This document shows, piece after piece, positions 42,301 to 50,685 of a stretch of 64,000 nt of DNA. The number at the start of each line of letters is the position of its first letter. The stretch's first letter is position 1. Origin of the DNA: a virus. The stretch lies in the IMG/VR virus record IMGVR_UViG_3300027736_002225; one strand, written 5' to 3'. The notes below the pieces were generated by a model. That model made no database searches, was not told where the DNA came from, and saw only the letters and a program-made list of their open reading frames with translations. The position numbers were made by a program, and so were the translations under genes.

Positions 42301-42993
42301 ATGGCTTTACCAATATTAGAAACTCCATCCTACGAATTGACATTACCTTCAACCGGGAAAACTGTTAAATATAGACCATTCTTAGTTAAAGAATATAAAA
42401 TACTTTTAACTAATGTAGAAGCAGATGTTGGGGAAATATCTAGAATAGTTACGGAACTTGTAGATAATTGTACGTTTAAAAAATTAGACATAGACAAACT
42501 CGCTCACTTTGATGTTGAATATTTGTTCCTAAATATTCGAGCAAAATCTATAAGTGAAAGTGCCGATATAATTGTAAATTGTATCTGTGAGAATAAAATA
42601 GATCATACAATTAATATAACAGATCTTAAGGTTACAAAAAATACTGTAGATAATAAGATAATGATAAATGACACAATTGGTGTAGTTTTACGTTATCCAA
42701 AATTTGATGAAATGTTAGATATACATAATAATGCGGATAGTATTAAAATAGTAGAATTGATTACAAACTGTATAGAAGCAGTATTTACCCCTGAAGATTA
42801 TTATGATAGAAAATCATATTCTCAGGAAGAATTAAATACATTTGTTAGTGCATTTACAAAGAAACAATTTGATTTGTTGGAAGAATTTTTTAGAAACATT
42901 CCTAAACTTGTACATCATATTGAGGCAGAATGTCCTAAATGTAACCATTTAAATATTGTAGACTTGGAGGGTCTACAAAATTTTTTCGTCTAA
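42301..42993 (+). CDS. gp26: Baseplate hub assembly protein gp26
   Basis: MALP, YRPFLVKE, YLFLNIRAKS, C-terminal LEGLQNFF. Confidence 0.9.
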   Translation: MALPILETPSYELTLPSTGKTVKYRPFLVKEYKILLTNVEADVGEISRIVTELVDNCTFKKLDIDKLAHFDVEYLFLNIRAKSISESADIIVNCICENKIDHTINITDLKVTKNTVDNKIMINDTIGVVLRYPKFDEMLDIHNNADSIKIVELITNCIEAVFTPEDYYDRKSYSQEELNTFVSAFTKKQFDLLEEFFRNIPKLVHHIEAECPKCNHLNIVDLEGLQNFFV

Positions 42994-43181
42994 CTCTTTC
43001 TCATGAAAGTCTTGTAAATTATTTTCAATTAAATTTTTCGTTAATGCAGCACCATAAATACTCATTAACAGAAATAGAAAATATGTTGCCATGGGAAAGA
43101 GAAATATACGTTTCGTTATTAGTAAATTATATCAATGAGGAAAATGAAAAAATAAAAGCTAAAAAAGCAGCAAGGGGTTAA
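42981..43181 (+). CDS. gp51: gp51-like hub assembly frame with no good start of its own; probably reached by -1 frameshift from gp26
   Basis: -1 frame reads FFRLTLSHESLVNYFQLNFSLMQHHKYSLTEIENMLPWEREIY...ARG*. Confidence 0.8.
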   Translation, partial: FFRLTLSHESLVNYFQLNFSLMQHHKYSLTEIENMLPWEREIYVSLLVNYINEENEKIKAKKAARG

Positions 43182-43183
43182 AA

Positions 43184-43801
43184 ATGGCCGAAGAACAAGA
43201 AGAAAAAATGAGTGCTAGTGAAAAGAAAAAAGAAGATTGGATGAACAGCAAATGGCGTCCAATGATGGGTTGGATGTATATGTCTGTATGTACTTTTGAT
43301 TTTGTAATTGCTCCTATTTTTTGGAGTTTACTACAATCATTAAGTAAAGGATCAGTTAACGTCCAATGGCAGCCATTAACTCTACAGGGGGCAGGATTAT
43401 TCCACGTAGCAATGGGAGCTGTACTTGGTATTGCTGCACATGGTAGAACTCAAGAAAAATTAAACGGTGCTAATAACGGAGGTATGCAATTGCCATCCAA
43501 CGCTGGCACAACGTATGTGCCGCCCGGCGCACAAAATACAGTAAATGTAAGCAATCAACCCGGAGGAATGAACAATGGAGGATTTAATTCACCAGCAGGT
43601 GGCTCAACAGCATTTGGCGCACCAGCAGCAGGAGGTTTCGGCAACTCCGGTGGGTTTGATGCACCAGTCCCCGCATCAAACGGCTTTGGTAGCAGTCCAA
43701 GCGCTGGAGCGTCTACGTTTGGATCTCCGGTTGGATTCGGAAATCCTTCACCACAATCAAGCTTAGCAATAAAACCGGTGGTTAGAAGACCTGCCCTATA
43801 A
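43184..43801 (+). CDS. GTA-type 3TM holin-like membrane protein with low-complexity FG-rich tail
   Basis: WMNSKWRPMMGW, hydrophobic segments, GRTQEK motif. Confidence 0.7.
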   Translation: MAEEQEEKMSASEKKKEDWMNSKWRPMMGWMYMSVCTFDFVIAPIFWSLLQSLSKGSVNVQWQPLTLQGAGLFHVAMGAVLGIAAHGRTQEKLNGANNGGMQLPSNAGTTYVPPGAQNTVNVSNQPGGMNNGGFNSPAGGSTAFGAPAAGGFGNSGGFDAPVPASNGFGSSPSAGASTFGSPVGFGNPSPQSSLAIKPVVRRPAL

Positions 43802-45351
43802 TGGATACAACATCAAATTCTGAAAATCCACTTGTTGAATTAATTCAATTATTCGGCAAGGATGGGCTGGCGCATAAAGATATAAATGATTTAAAAACTG
43901 CTTTAGATACACTTACTGCAACACTAGAAAAACGTGCAGGAAAACCTGAAGAAGACCCCAACGCATCTCCAAAAACGTTACTTGGAAATATTAAAGATTT
44001 TGGTAAAGGGTTTGCGTCCCCTATTACAAAAGATTTGCCGAAATTTCTTGGATTTGGAAAATCTTCTTTGCCCGAAAATATTAACAAAGTTGCAACTGAA
44101 GAACCCCCCGAAACAATTGAACCAACTGAACCAATATTACAAACGCCAAATGAAACTTCGGTTGTAGAAAATAAATTTGGAGATATGGGAAACGTAATTC
44201 CTAGAGAAGATTTGGTTCAAGATACTCCAAAAGAAATTTCTCCGTCTGTTACAGTACCTCCTTCGGTTTCTTCTGAATCTACAAATAAAGTATTATCGGA
44301 CATGGTTGAAGTTCTTATAGATTTAAAAGATGATAAGACCCAAAAACAAATACTTGAAGAAGCAATAAACATTAAAAAAATTATTGCCAATAATATGGTA
44401 TCTTCTTCGGATAAAGCAAAAGGAATTGAACCAAATTCTGAAAGTGCTAAAAATGAAGATAGGGAAAAATTGGCAGAGGCAATTGCTGATAAATTGTCTG
44501 ACGTATTGTCTGCTGCCGGTGGAGGTGGCGGTATCGGCATAGACATTCCTGGGAGTTCAGGCGGCAAAGGTTCTGGCGGCAAATCTAGCGGCGGCAAGCC
44601 AGGTTCACCAAGTCGTATTGGACCTTCGGTAGCAGCAATCGGTAGAACAGCAGTAGCCGGGGCAGCAGTAACCGGTGCCGTTTCTGGTCTAGATTATGTT
44701 GCAGGAGAATTTGGTGTTGGTAAAGACGAAAAAGGAAATGATCTTAAGATAGACGAATCTCAGGATGATAAAAATTGGGAAAAAATGTCTACCGGCCAGC
44801 AAGTAATTTCTGGTGTGGGTCGCGGCATTGAAAAGGTAGGCGATCTACTTCCTTTTAACGCTTTATCGAATACAGTTAGACAAGCAAAATATGATAGGAT
44901 TAATGCTGAAACAGCTGGCTTAAAACAAGATTCAGAAAAAGATAAATTAGAATTACCTAGTCCAGACGAAGCCAAATATATTTTACAAAAGGGAACAACT
45001 GAAGAAATAAAAAATTGGGGCGGAGAAGAAAAACTTAAAGGTATAATAAAACAATCAGAAACAATACAACCAAGTAATAAAACATTAAAGTTTCCAAATC
45101 AACCTACAGAATTAGTTTCGCCAAAAGAATCGCCGGCACTAAAAAATGTTTTAGAAAACGTAACTGGTACAAATACAGATTTAAAATTAAGTCCACAAAC
45201 AACACAAACAAATACAATTGCGCCGTTCGTATCAAATAAAGTCGTAAATAATACAGAACAAACAATTATAGGTACTCCGCCCTCTCCTCATTCCAGTTTT
45301 AGCTCATTTAATAGGTGGCAAGATAAACGATCAACATACACGGATAGATAG
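43801..45351 (+). CDS. Putative hub / tape-measure protein (gp29-like position)
   Basis: 516 aa, helical and low-complexity with a Gly-rich linker; downstream of gp26/gp51. Confidence 0.45.
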   Translation: MDTTSNSENPLVELIQLFGKDGLAHKDINDLKTALDTLTATLEKRAGKPEEDPNASPKTLLGNIKDFGKGFASPITKDLPKFLGFGKSSLPENINKVATEEPPETIEPTEPILQTPNETSVVENKFGDMGNVIPREDLVQDTPKEISPSVTVPPSVSSESTNKVLSDMVEVLIDLKDDKTQKQILEEAINIKKIIANNMVSSSDKAKGIEPNSESAKNEDREKLAEAIADKLSDVLSAAGGGGGIGIDIPGSSGGKGSGGKSSGGKPGSPSRIGPSVAAIGRTAVAGAAVTGAVSGLDYVAGEFGVGKDEKGNDLKIDESQDDKNWEKMSTGQQVISGVGRGIEKVGDLLPFNALSNTVRQAKYDRINAETAGLKQDSEKDKLELPSPDEAKYILQKGTTEEIKNWGGEEKLKGIIKQSETIQPSNKTLKFPNQPTELVSPKESPALKNVLENVTGTNTDLKLSPQTTQTNTIAPFVSNKVVNNTEQTIIGTPPSPHSSFSSFNRWQDKRSTYTDR

Positions 45352-45356
45352 TCAAT

Positions 45357-45386
45357 AAAAAAGCCCAGTTTCCTGGGCTTTCTTTT
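45357..45386. terminator. Bidirectional intrinsic terminator
   Basis: AAAAAAGCCCAG-TTTC-CTGGGCTTTCTTTT between convergent genes. Confidence 0.9.
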
Positions 45387-45576
45387 ACTTCTTCAATTCT
45401 GAAGGTCTTTTAACCTTTGGTTTAGGTTTTTTGACCTTCTTTTCATTTTTATGCCTATTTTCAATCTTTCGAATTTCAAGATTGTTTTTCTTAACCGGGG
45501 TTGCCGCTACAGCAAACCCCGAATGAGCCATTACTAAAGATGTACATAATATAATTACGCTTGCTTTAAAACTCAT
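45385..45576 (-). CDS. Small exported Lys-rich protein
   Basis: MSFKASVIILCTSLVMAHSGFAVAA signal-like N-terminus; AAGGA RBS. Confidence 0.6.
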   Translation of the reverse strand: MSFKASVIILCTSLVMAHSGFAVAATPVKKNNLEIRKIENRHKNEKKVKKPKPKVKRPSELKK

Positions 45577-45589
45577 TTTATTTCCTTTA

Positions 45590-46513
45590 TTAGTCGTCGC
45601 TCGCCAACTTTGAGAAATATGACAAAGATTCATCGTCATCGTCAAAATTTACATCCTGTTTAGGAGTAGGTGTTGGAGCTCGAGTAACTTGTGCTGCTGG
45701 TTTTGTAAATGTTGTACCTTCATCTAGATCAACACTTTCTGCAGGTTTAACCGGAGGTGCACCATTAGAAAGAACCATAGTAAGTTTTTTCTTCAACTCA
45801 TCATATGATTTAAAGTTCTTAGGTTCTAAGAACGCAGTCAATGAATGTTGTTTAGACCAGATTGCCTCGATGATAGAATCATCATTGGATACTGGACTCG
45901 GACTATCAAATTCTGATTTGTCATAATTACGATATCCCTCTACATTGCGAATCTTCAACTTGAAGTTTGCACCTTCCCAGAAATCAAACGGGTTAAGTGG
46001 TTTCTCATCCTCAAATTGTGGCTCTGCAACGTCTTTAATCTTATCAAAGATTTTCTTACCAAACTTATACAAGAATACTTTACCCTCATTCTCGGGATGC
46101 TTAGTATCCTGTACAATAAGAATATTTGTGATATAAGTTAGTTTACGTTTCTGTTTTCGAGCAACTTCTTTATTTGCTTCTGAACCGGAATTCCATAGTT
46201 CAGTATTAAGTTCTGAAACAGGATCTTGTTTACCAAGAGTAGTTAAAGAATTCTCAATATACCATTTTCCGGTAGGTCCCTGAAAACCATGATTCCAAAT
46301 GCGAACCCATGGAAGTTCTTCGCCTTTAGGTGGCGCCAAAAATCGGATAACAGCATAACCATTTCCTGCTTTGTCAACTTCTGGTTGCCAGTAGCGGTCA
46401 TCGTTTTTGTTGTTAGATTCTGATTGGGGATTTGCGATCTTTTCAACTTCTTTCATTAAAGAATCGAAGCCTCCGCGAGATTTGCGTAGATCTGCTAGTG
46501 ATGTGAATGCCAT
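45590..46513 (-). CDS. gp32: ssDNA-binding protein gp32
   Basis: GNGYAVIRFL, WYIENSLTT, KYGKK-like YKFGKKIFDK, YRNYDKSEF, acidic tail. Confidence 0.96.
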   Translation of the reverse strand: MAFTSLADLRKSRGGFDSLMKEVEKIANPQSESNNKNDDRYWQPEVDKAGNGYAVIRFLAPPKGEELPWVRIWNHGFQGPTGKWYIENSLTTLGKQDPVSELNTELWNSGSEANKEVARKQKRKLTYITNILIVQDTKHPENEGKVFLYKFGKKIFDKIKDVAEPQFEDEKPLNPFDFWEGANFKLKIRNVEGYRNYDKSEFDSPSPVSNDDSIIEAIWSKQHSLTAFLEPKNFKSYDELKKKLTMVLSNGAPPVKPAESVDLDEGTTFTKPAAQVTRAPTPTPKQDVNFDDDDESLSYFSKLASDD

Positions 46514-46553
46514 GATAATTTCCTTTCGTATTGGCGTAGTATGTGCGTAGTAT
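46514..46553 (-). promoter_or_regulatory. gp32 leader with direct repeats (putative autogenous translational operator)
   Basis: ATACTACGC-AC-ATACTACGC-CA-ATACG just before AAAGGA RBS. Confidence 0.55.
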
Positions 46554-46741
46554 TAACGTCGTTTAATTTTTTGATTTTCGTATGCATAATCTAGATATTC
46601 ATCAAATACATCATCGTCTTTACTCGATGGTGTCATATTATATATAATCTTTCGATGCTTGTCAAGTTTGTGATTGCCCTTTTCTACCCGGCGAATCTTC
46701 TTCTCACGCTCGTAATTATCTTTTTTCCTGTAATTGTCCAT
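46553..46741 (-). CDS. Hypothetical basic protein (62 aa)
   Basis: MDNYRKKDNY...; ATG at 46741. Confidence 0.55.
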   Translation of the reverse strand: MDNYRKKDNYEREKKIRRVEKGNHKLDKHRKIIYNMTPSSKDDDVFDEYLDYAYENQKIKRR

Positions 46742-46758
46742 TTTGCAATATAAAAATA

Positions 46759-46977
46759 TTAAACATCTTTCGTCTTTTTTGTCGGAACTTTGATATACGG
46801 CCAAGCAAGCAAACGCTTGCTAAGTTCCTGTTGACCGTGCGCAACTTTAATTAAATATCGTTGCGTATCCTTTATCGCTTCTTGTTGGTAAGCTAGTAGA
46901 TCTTGCATTCTAACAAGATCTTCCTCTAGTTTTTTAAACCTACCCTGCGTTTCTAATTCGTTGTCTAAAGATTCCAT
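46759..46977 (-). CDS. Hypothetical coiled-coil protein
   Basis: 72-aa ORF overlapping the gp59 end. Confidence 0.55.
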   Translation of the reverse strand: MESLDNELETQGRFKKLEEDLVRMQDLLAYQQEAIKDTQRYLIKVAHGQQELSKRLLAWPYIKVPTKKTKDV

Positions 46978-47551
46978 TAAATTTTTCCGTATCTATAGAT
47001 AAAAATGGTTTATACTTTTTAATCAATCTAGATATATCGGGCCAAACTATAGTGTCAGTAATTTCTTTATCAAAAACTTCTACATACTTGTTAAGCTTTT
47101 CCAATATAACCAAGGTTTCAATGCTAATTGTTTTTCTTAAAAACGCTTTAATTATATATGGGTGTTGACCCGATTGCACATTAAAGATTTCTGATAAACT
47201 TAAATTTTTATCTTCCATTTCTGCAAGCAGTGCATCCAAATCTTGAGAAAAATTATAAGATAAACTCTCAATTTTCTTTTTCCAAAGTTGATATCTTTCG
47301 CCAGCATCAATATCAAACATCCCTCCCCAGCGATCGCCGGAAACGAAATTTGCAACTAAAAAATTAGCAACCTCTTCGTCAGAATAAGTTTTGGAAATTT
47401 TTCTAATAGAGAAAAGATCAGTTCTTTTTGCAAAAGCTTGTCGGCTTGCTTTGACCTTTCCCCGTTGTTTAACTACATCATATTTGTCTGTTGTAAAATG
47501 CAATTTAAGAGCAATATACATTTTATAAACTGAAAATTCATCCATTGTCAT
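46940..47551 (-). CDS. gp59: Helicase loader gp59
   Basis: YIALKLHFT, FLVANF, ISIETLVIL, KYKPFL motifs. Confidence 0.9.
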   Translation of the reverse strand: MTMDEFSVYKMYIALKLHFTTDKYDVVKQRGKVKASRQAFAKRTDLFSIRKISKTYSDEEVANFLVANFVSGDRWGGMFDIDAGERYQLWKKKIESLSYNFSQDLDALLAEMEDKNLSLSEIFNVQSGQHPYIIKAFLRKTISIETLVILEKLNKYVEVFDKEITDTIVWPDISRLIKKYKPFLSIDTEKFNGIFRQRIRNAG

Positions 47552-47811
47552 AGTGGCAGTTTGCCCCTTGGTTTCATATAATTTTGTTCCTCGGCCTCGT
47601 ATTGAATCTTATCCTTGAGGGACTTATTAATTAAGTTTGCAACAGATTCTACATCAATATCAATTTCGTTACAATATTGAATTACTGCATCCATGTAACT
47701 AATATGTTCCTTAGCAACAAGTTCTTCGATATACAATGAGAACTCGTTAGGCGATCTAAATCGTTTTGTAATAATTAAACTATCGGTTAAAATTTCGTTT
47801 TCTTGTATCAT
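47548..47811 (-). CDS. gp33: Late transcription coactivator gp33
   Basis: FSLYIEE, SYMDAVIQYC, LKDKIQYEA, KLPL motifs. Confidence 0.9.
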   Translation of the reverse strand: MIQENEILTDSLIITKRFRSPNEFSLYIEELVAKEHISYMDAVIQYCNEIDIDVESVANLINKSLKDKIQYEAEEQNYMKPRGKLPL

Positions 47812-48482
47812 TTTAATTCTGGAAATAAAATTTCGTCCATGAAGTTTTTAAAATTGGTTTCGTCCACACCTAGATTAACCATCATTGCTAATGTATGATG
47901 ATTCAACTTTTGATTAATACAATAATTGTTATAGGGGTCTATATAACTATTACTATTTCTCTCATTCCCTACATTATAAAGGAAATAATCTAAATTGTCT
48001 ATAGCAACGTTAATCAATTTATCCAATTCTTCTTCTGTACTAACATTTCCTGCCGCAAGCATTCCCGGGCTAAAAATCCGCTTTGCCCAATCTGGTAGTT
48101 CTCTTGGCTTAGTCCAATTTATAGATGACATCTTATCTTGATACCAATTATAAATTACACTATCGCCAGATTTAGAAAAATCATGGAATGCGCCAGTAAT
48201 CTTATTTGCTCCACATACCACATCAAATCCAAATATTGGAGCAGGGTCATTGAGATGCGGAAATACGGTCATGTGCATAACCCACATCTTTTTAGATTCT
48301 CTTGCATCTACAATTTCAATATGTGATCGTCGAAACTTATCAGATTTGAATAGATAATTTTTCCAAGTGAAATCAATATCAGAATGTTCATATTTACTAT
48401 CTATTGGTAAAATGTCACACTCTTTGAATCTATCAATAATTGATTCCGATAATGGAATCATCTTATCCCACACCATAGACAT
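47808..48482 (-). CDS. pcyX: Ferredoxin-dependent bilin reductase, PcyX/PcyA-like
   Basis: FRRSHIE, MH, PIFGFD, GAFHDFS, RELPDWA-IFS, QKLNHHT; coupled to heme oxygenase. Confidence 0.85.
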   Translation of the reverse strand: MSMVWDKMIPLSESIIDRFKECDILPIDSKYEHSDIDFTWKNYLFKSDKFRRSHIEIVDARESKKMWVMHMTVFPHLNDPAPIFGFDVVCGANKITGAFHDFSKSGDSVIYNWYQDKMSSINWTKPRELPDWAKRIFSPGMLAAGNVSTEEELDKLINVAIDNLDYFLYNVGNERNSNSYIDPYNNYCINQKLNHHTLAMMVNLGVDETNFKNFMDEILFPELK

Positions 48483-49006
48483 TAATTATATTCCTTAACC
48501 ATATTAATATTGTGGTCAAATGCAATGTTTGCTTCGTCTGCCATTTCAATAACTAGTTTAGATCTAACTTTACTAATTAATTCTTCTCTATTCTCAAACT
48601 TGTACATTTTTCCAGAACCAGGCACAAGTTTTGCAAGAGCCTGGCCACCAAATAAATCTCCCATATGACGAACATATACATGGGCCATTGCATCTTGTGC
48701 ATTGTCTATACCAAGTAAATAATTTACATAATCTACTGTAGATTTTTTAGGCGAATATAAAGTTGTAGGAGTGGTAAGCTCATTAATGTCATCTCTAATA
48801 TACGATGATCGTTTCAATTCCGGCATATCGTTAAATAAGCCAAATTTGTTTCCGACATCTTCTTCCAATACATGGTATATAAAACCAAGTTGAAATAAGT
48901 AATCTGCGTATTCTTCTCTTGTTACTGATTTTTTAAAGATAGCTTTAATAAACGGTTGCGTTTCTGCTTCTTTATGTTTTGCATGGGTTAGATCTTTTAG
49001 ACTCAT
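48482..49006 (-). CDS. hemO: Heme oxygenase
   Basis: LKDLTHAKHKEAE (proximal His), HVYVRHMGDLFGGQ, EANIAF motifs. Confidence 0.92.
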   Translation of the reverse strand: MSLKDLTHAKHKEAETQPFIKAIFKKSVTREEYADYLFQLGFIYHVLEEDVGNKFGLFNDMPELKRSSYIRDDINELTTPTTLYSPKKSTVDYVNYLLGIDNAQDAMAHVYVRHMGDLFGGQALAKLVPGSGKMYKFENREELISKVRSKLVIEMADEANIAFDHNINMVKEYN

Positions 49007-49007
49007 T

Positions 49008-49316
49008 TTATTTAAATAGTATTAGGGCAAGAAAACAAGAATGTACAATAAATCCTGCTCCGATAGTAACAATAGTCAACATATCTTTGAGAATTACTGC
49101 TCGGGCAAATAGAAGAGACAATCCAGCCCAAACAAATAGGACAAAATCTACAGGGGGCATCTTATCTGATAGACCAGACATTAATGAAATCATTGTCGGT
49201 ACTGTTGCTGCATGAATTAGTACAATACCAATCCAAGCAATAGTTTCTGCAGTTGCAACTGTTAGTGTAGTCTTGCAGTATTCAATAACATTTTGTAGTG
49301 TAGGTAATTTAATCAT
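49008..49316 (-). CDS. Small three-TM membrane protein
   Basis: Three hydrophobic segments. Confidence 0.65.
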   Translation of the reverse strand: MIKLPTLQNVIEYCKTTLTVATAETIAWIGIVLIHAATVPTMISLMSGLSDKMPPVDFVLFVWAGLSLLFARAVILKDMLTIVTIGAGFIVHSCFLALILFK

Positions 49317-49319
49317 AAT

Positions 49320-49850
49320 TTATTTGTAAAAGATATGGTTGCCAATTTTTGCAATTTGTTGTTTATTCCAATTAGGAGACACGTATGAGGCATGATAATA
49401 CATGGCATCATTTAGACTCTTTAATCTAAATCCTTCTAAAAGAACTTTCTTTGCGACTTCGTATGATTCTTTATATGCTGCGGCATAAATTGGTTTTGCT
49501 TTTGCAGAAGTCTCGCAGTACCAACTAAATTGACAAATTACTTTATCGTAAATAATATTGCGTTGATATACTACCTTGCAAATATCATTTGGAAATTTGC
49601 TAGATGCTGCTCTATTAAGTGTTACTTGAGCAACTGCAACTTTGCCCTCAAATGGTTCTGTTGCTGCTTCATAGTAAATATTATGTGCCAGGCAATCTAA
49701 TTGTTGTTCCCTTACGGCGACGGTTATATCACTATCCTTAAACTTTGATTCTCTTAAATTATTTAATTTTTCTGTTGTTACTTGAACAAAAATAGATACT
49801 AATAGTATTGAGGATAGAAATAATAGAAATGATTTTGTATAAGTTTTCAT
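49320..49850 (-). CDS. SleB-like cell wall hydrolase (Hydrolase_2) with N-terminal anchor
   Basis: CLAHNIYYEA, VAQVTLNR, CQFSW, YYHASYVSPNW, IGNHIFY motifs. Confidence 0.9.
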   Translation of the reverse strand: MKTYTKSFLLFLSSILLVSIFVQVTTEKLNNLRESKFKDSDITVAVREQQLDCLAHNIYYEAATEPFEGKVAVAQVTLNRAASSKFPNDICKVVYQRNIIYDKVICQFSWYCETSAKAKPIYAAAYKESYEVAKKVLLEGFRLKSLNDAMYYHASYVSPNWNKQQIAKIGNHIFYK

Positions 49851-49872
49851 TATTCGTGTATGTTATTAATAA

Positions 49873-49910
49873 TGGTAGGTTATTTGCTATGCTGGTTAAC
49901 CTACCAAACC
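49873..49910 (-). repeat. Hairpin that duplicates the tmRNA-distal hairpin
   Basis: TGGTAGGTTATT...AACCTACC matches 50382-50413. Confidence 0.75.
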
Positions 49911-49918
49911 TTTATAAC

Positions 49919-50356
49919 TTAGAAACTAAGTTTTACACCCGCAGTAACTCGGCTACCATTTTGTGCCTTGATAACATCTTGGCCAACTTGATAAGAGTAA
50001 TCTACAGTAGCGGATACTTTATTTGTTAGAGGTACCGAAGCACCAGCACCAACAATTACAGCATATCCATCTGGATCAACTTTGCTGTCAACAAATGCAC
50101 CGCTTCCTTTTACAGCAACTGATACGGGACCAATTTTTGTAAGAGTTTTAGAAGTACCTACACTATATGTGTCTGACGAAATATTACGAGTAAAGCCACC
50201 GGTTACATCCGCAACACCAATCTTACGACCGATAGTTACGCCCCAAACATTTTCGCTTGAGCTAATGTTAGTACCACCATTGATACCAACTTCTGTGGCC
50301 TGCGCTGCAGTTACTGCACTAATAAGTGCGGTTACAAGTACAAGTTTTTTAATCAA
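49919..50356 (-). CDS. Outer-membrane beta-barrel protein (OmpX/Ail/Lom-like size)
   Basis: Signal peptide ending AQA, alternating beta strands, C-terminal Phe; TTG start with AGGAG RBS. Confidence 0.75.
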   Translation of the reverse strand: MIKKLVLVTALISAVTAAQATEVGINGGTNISSSENVWGVTIGRKIGVADVTGGFTRNISSDTYSVGTSKTLTKIGPVSVAVKGSGAFVDSKVDPDGYAVIVGAGASVPLTNKVSATVDYSYQVGQDVIKAQNGSRVTAGVKLSF

Positions 50357-50381
50357 AATTTTCTCCTGTTGTTAAACATAT

Positions 50382-50680
50382 TGGTAGGTTATTCTGTTAC
50401 GAGGAAACCTACCGAAACCCTAAGCTAGCGTTTAGGCTGCTAATGCGAACAATTCGTCGTTTGCGTTTACGGTTTTTCTTCTTTTTACAAGGTTGCTCTT
50501 GTGCTGTCCACTCATTTACTTGTTGCCCTGTCGAAACTATGCAGGCCCATCGTATAAGCACTAATGGTTTGCCTGCACTCGGATGATTGAGTCGGTTTTA
50601 TGCAATAGTGCGTTATATGGTGGACCTGGGGGGATTCGCACCCCCGTCCAGAACACTTTTCTCTTTGCTTCATACAGCAA
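50382..50680 (-). ncRNA. ssrA: Circularly permuted (two-piece) tmRNA; tag peptide ANDELFALAA
   Basis: T-arm and CAGGTCCACCA end at 50618 precede the GGGCCTG 5' strand at 50548; G3:U70 pair; tag ORF at 50464-50432; self-complementary intervening segment. Outer ends approximate. Confidence 0.92.
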
Positions 50681-50685
50681 TAAAA

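Noticed and set aside
40669-45351. Plus-strand block as a mobile or recently inverted element
   Set aside because: It holds core T4-like genes (gp4, gp2, gp26) with their own late promoter and terminator; opposite orientation of such genes is ordinary in this group
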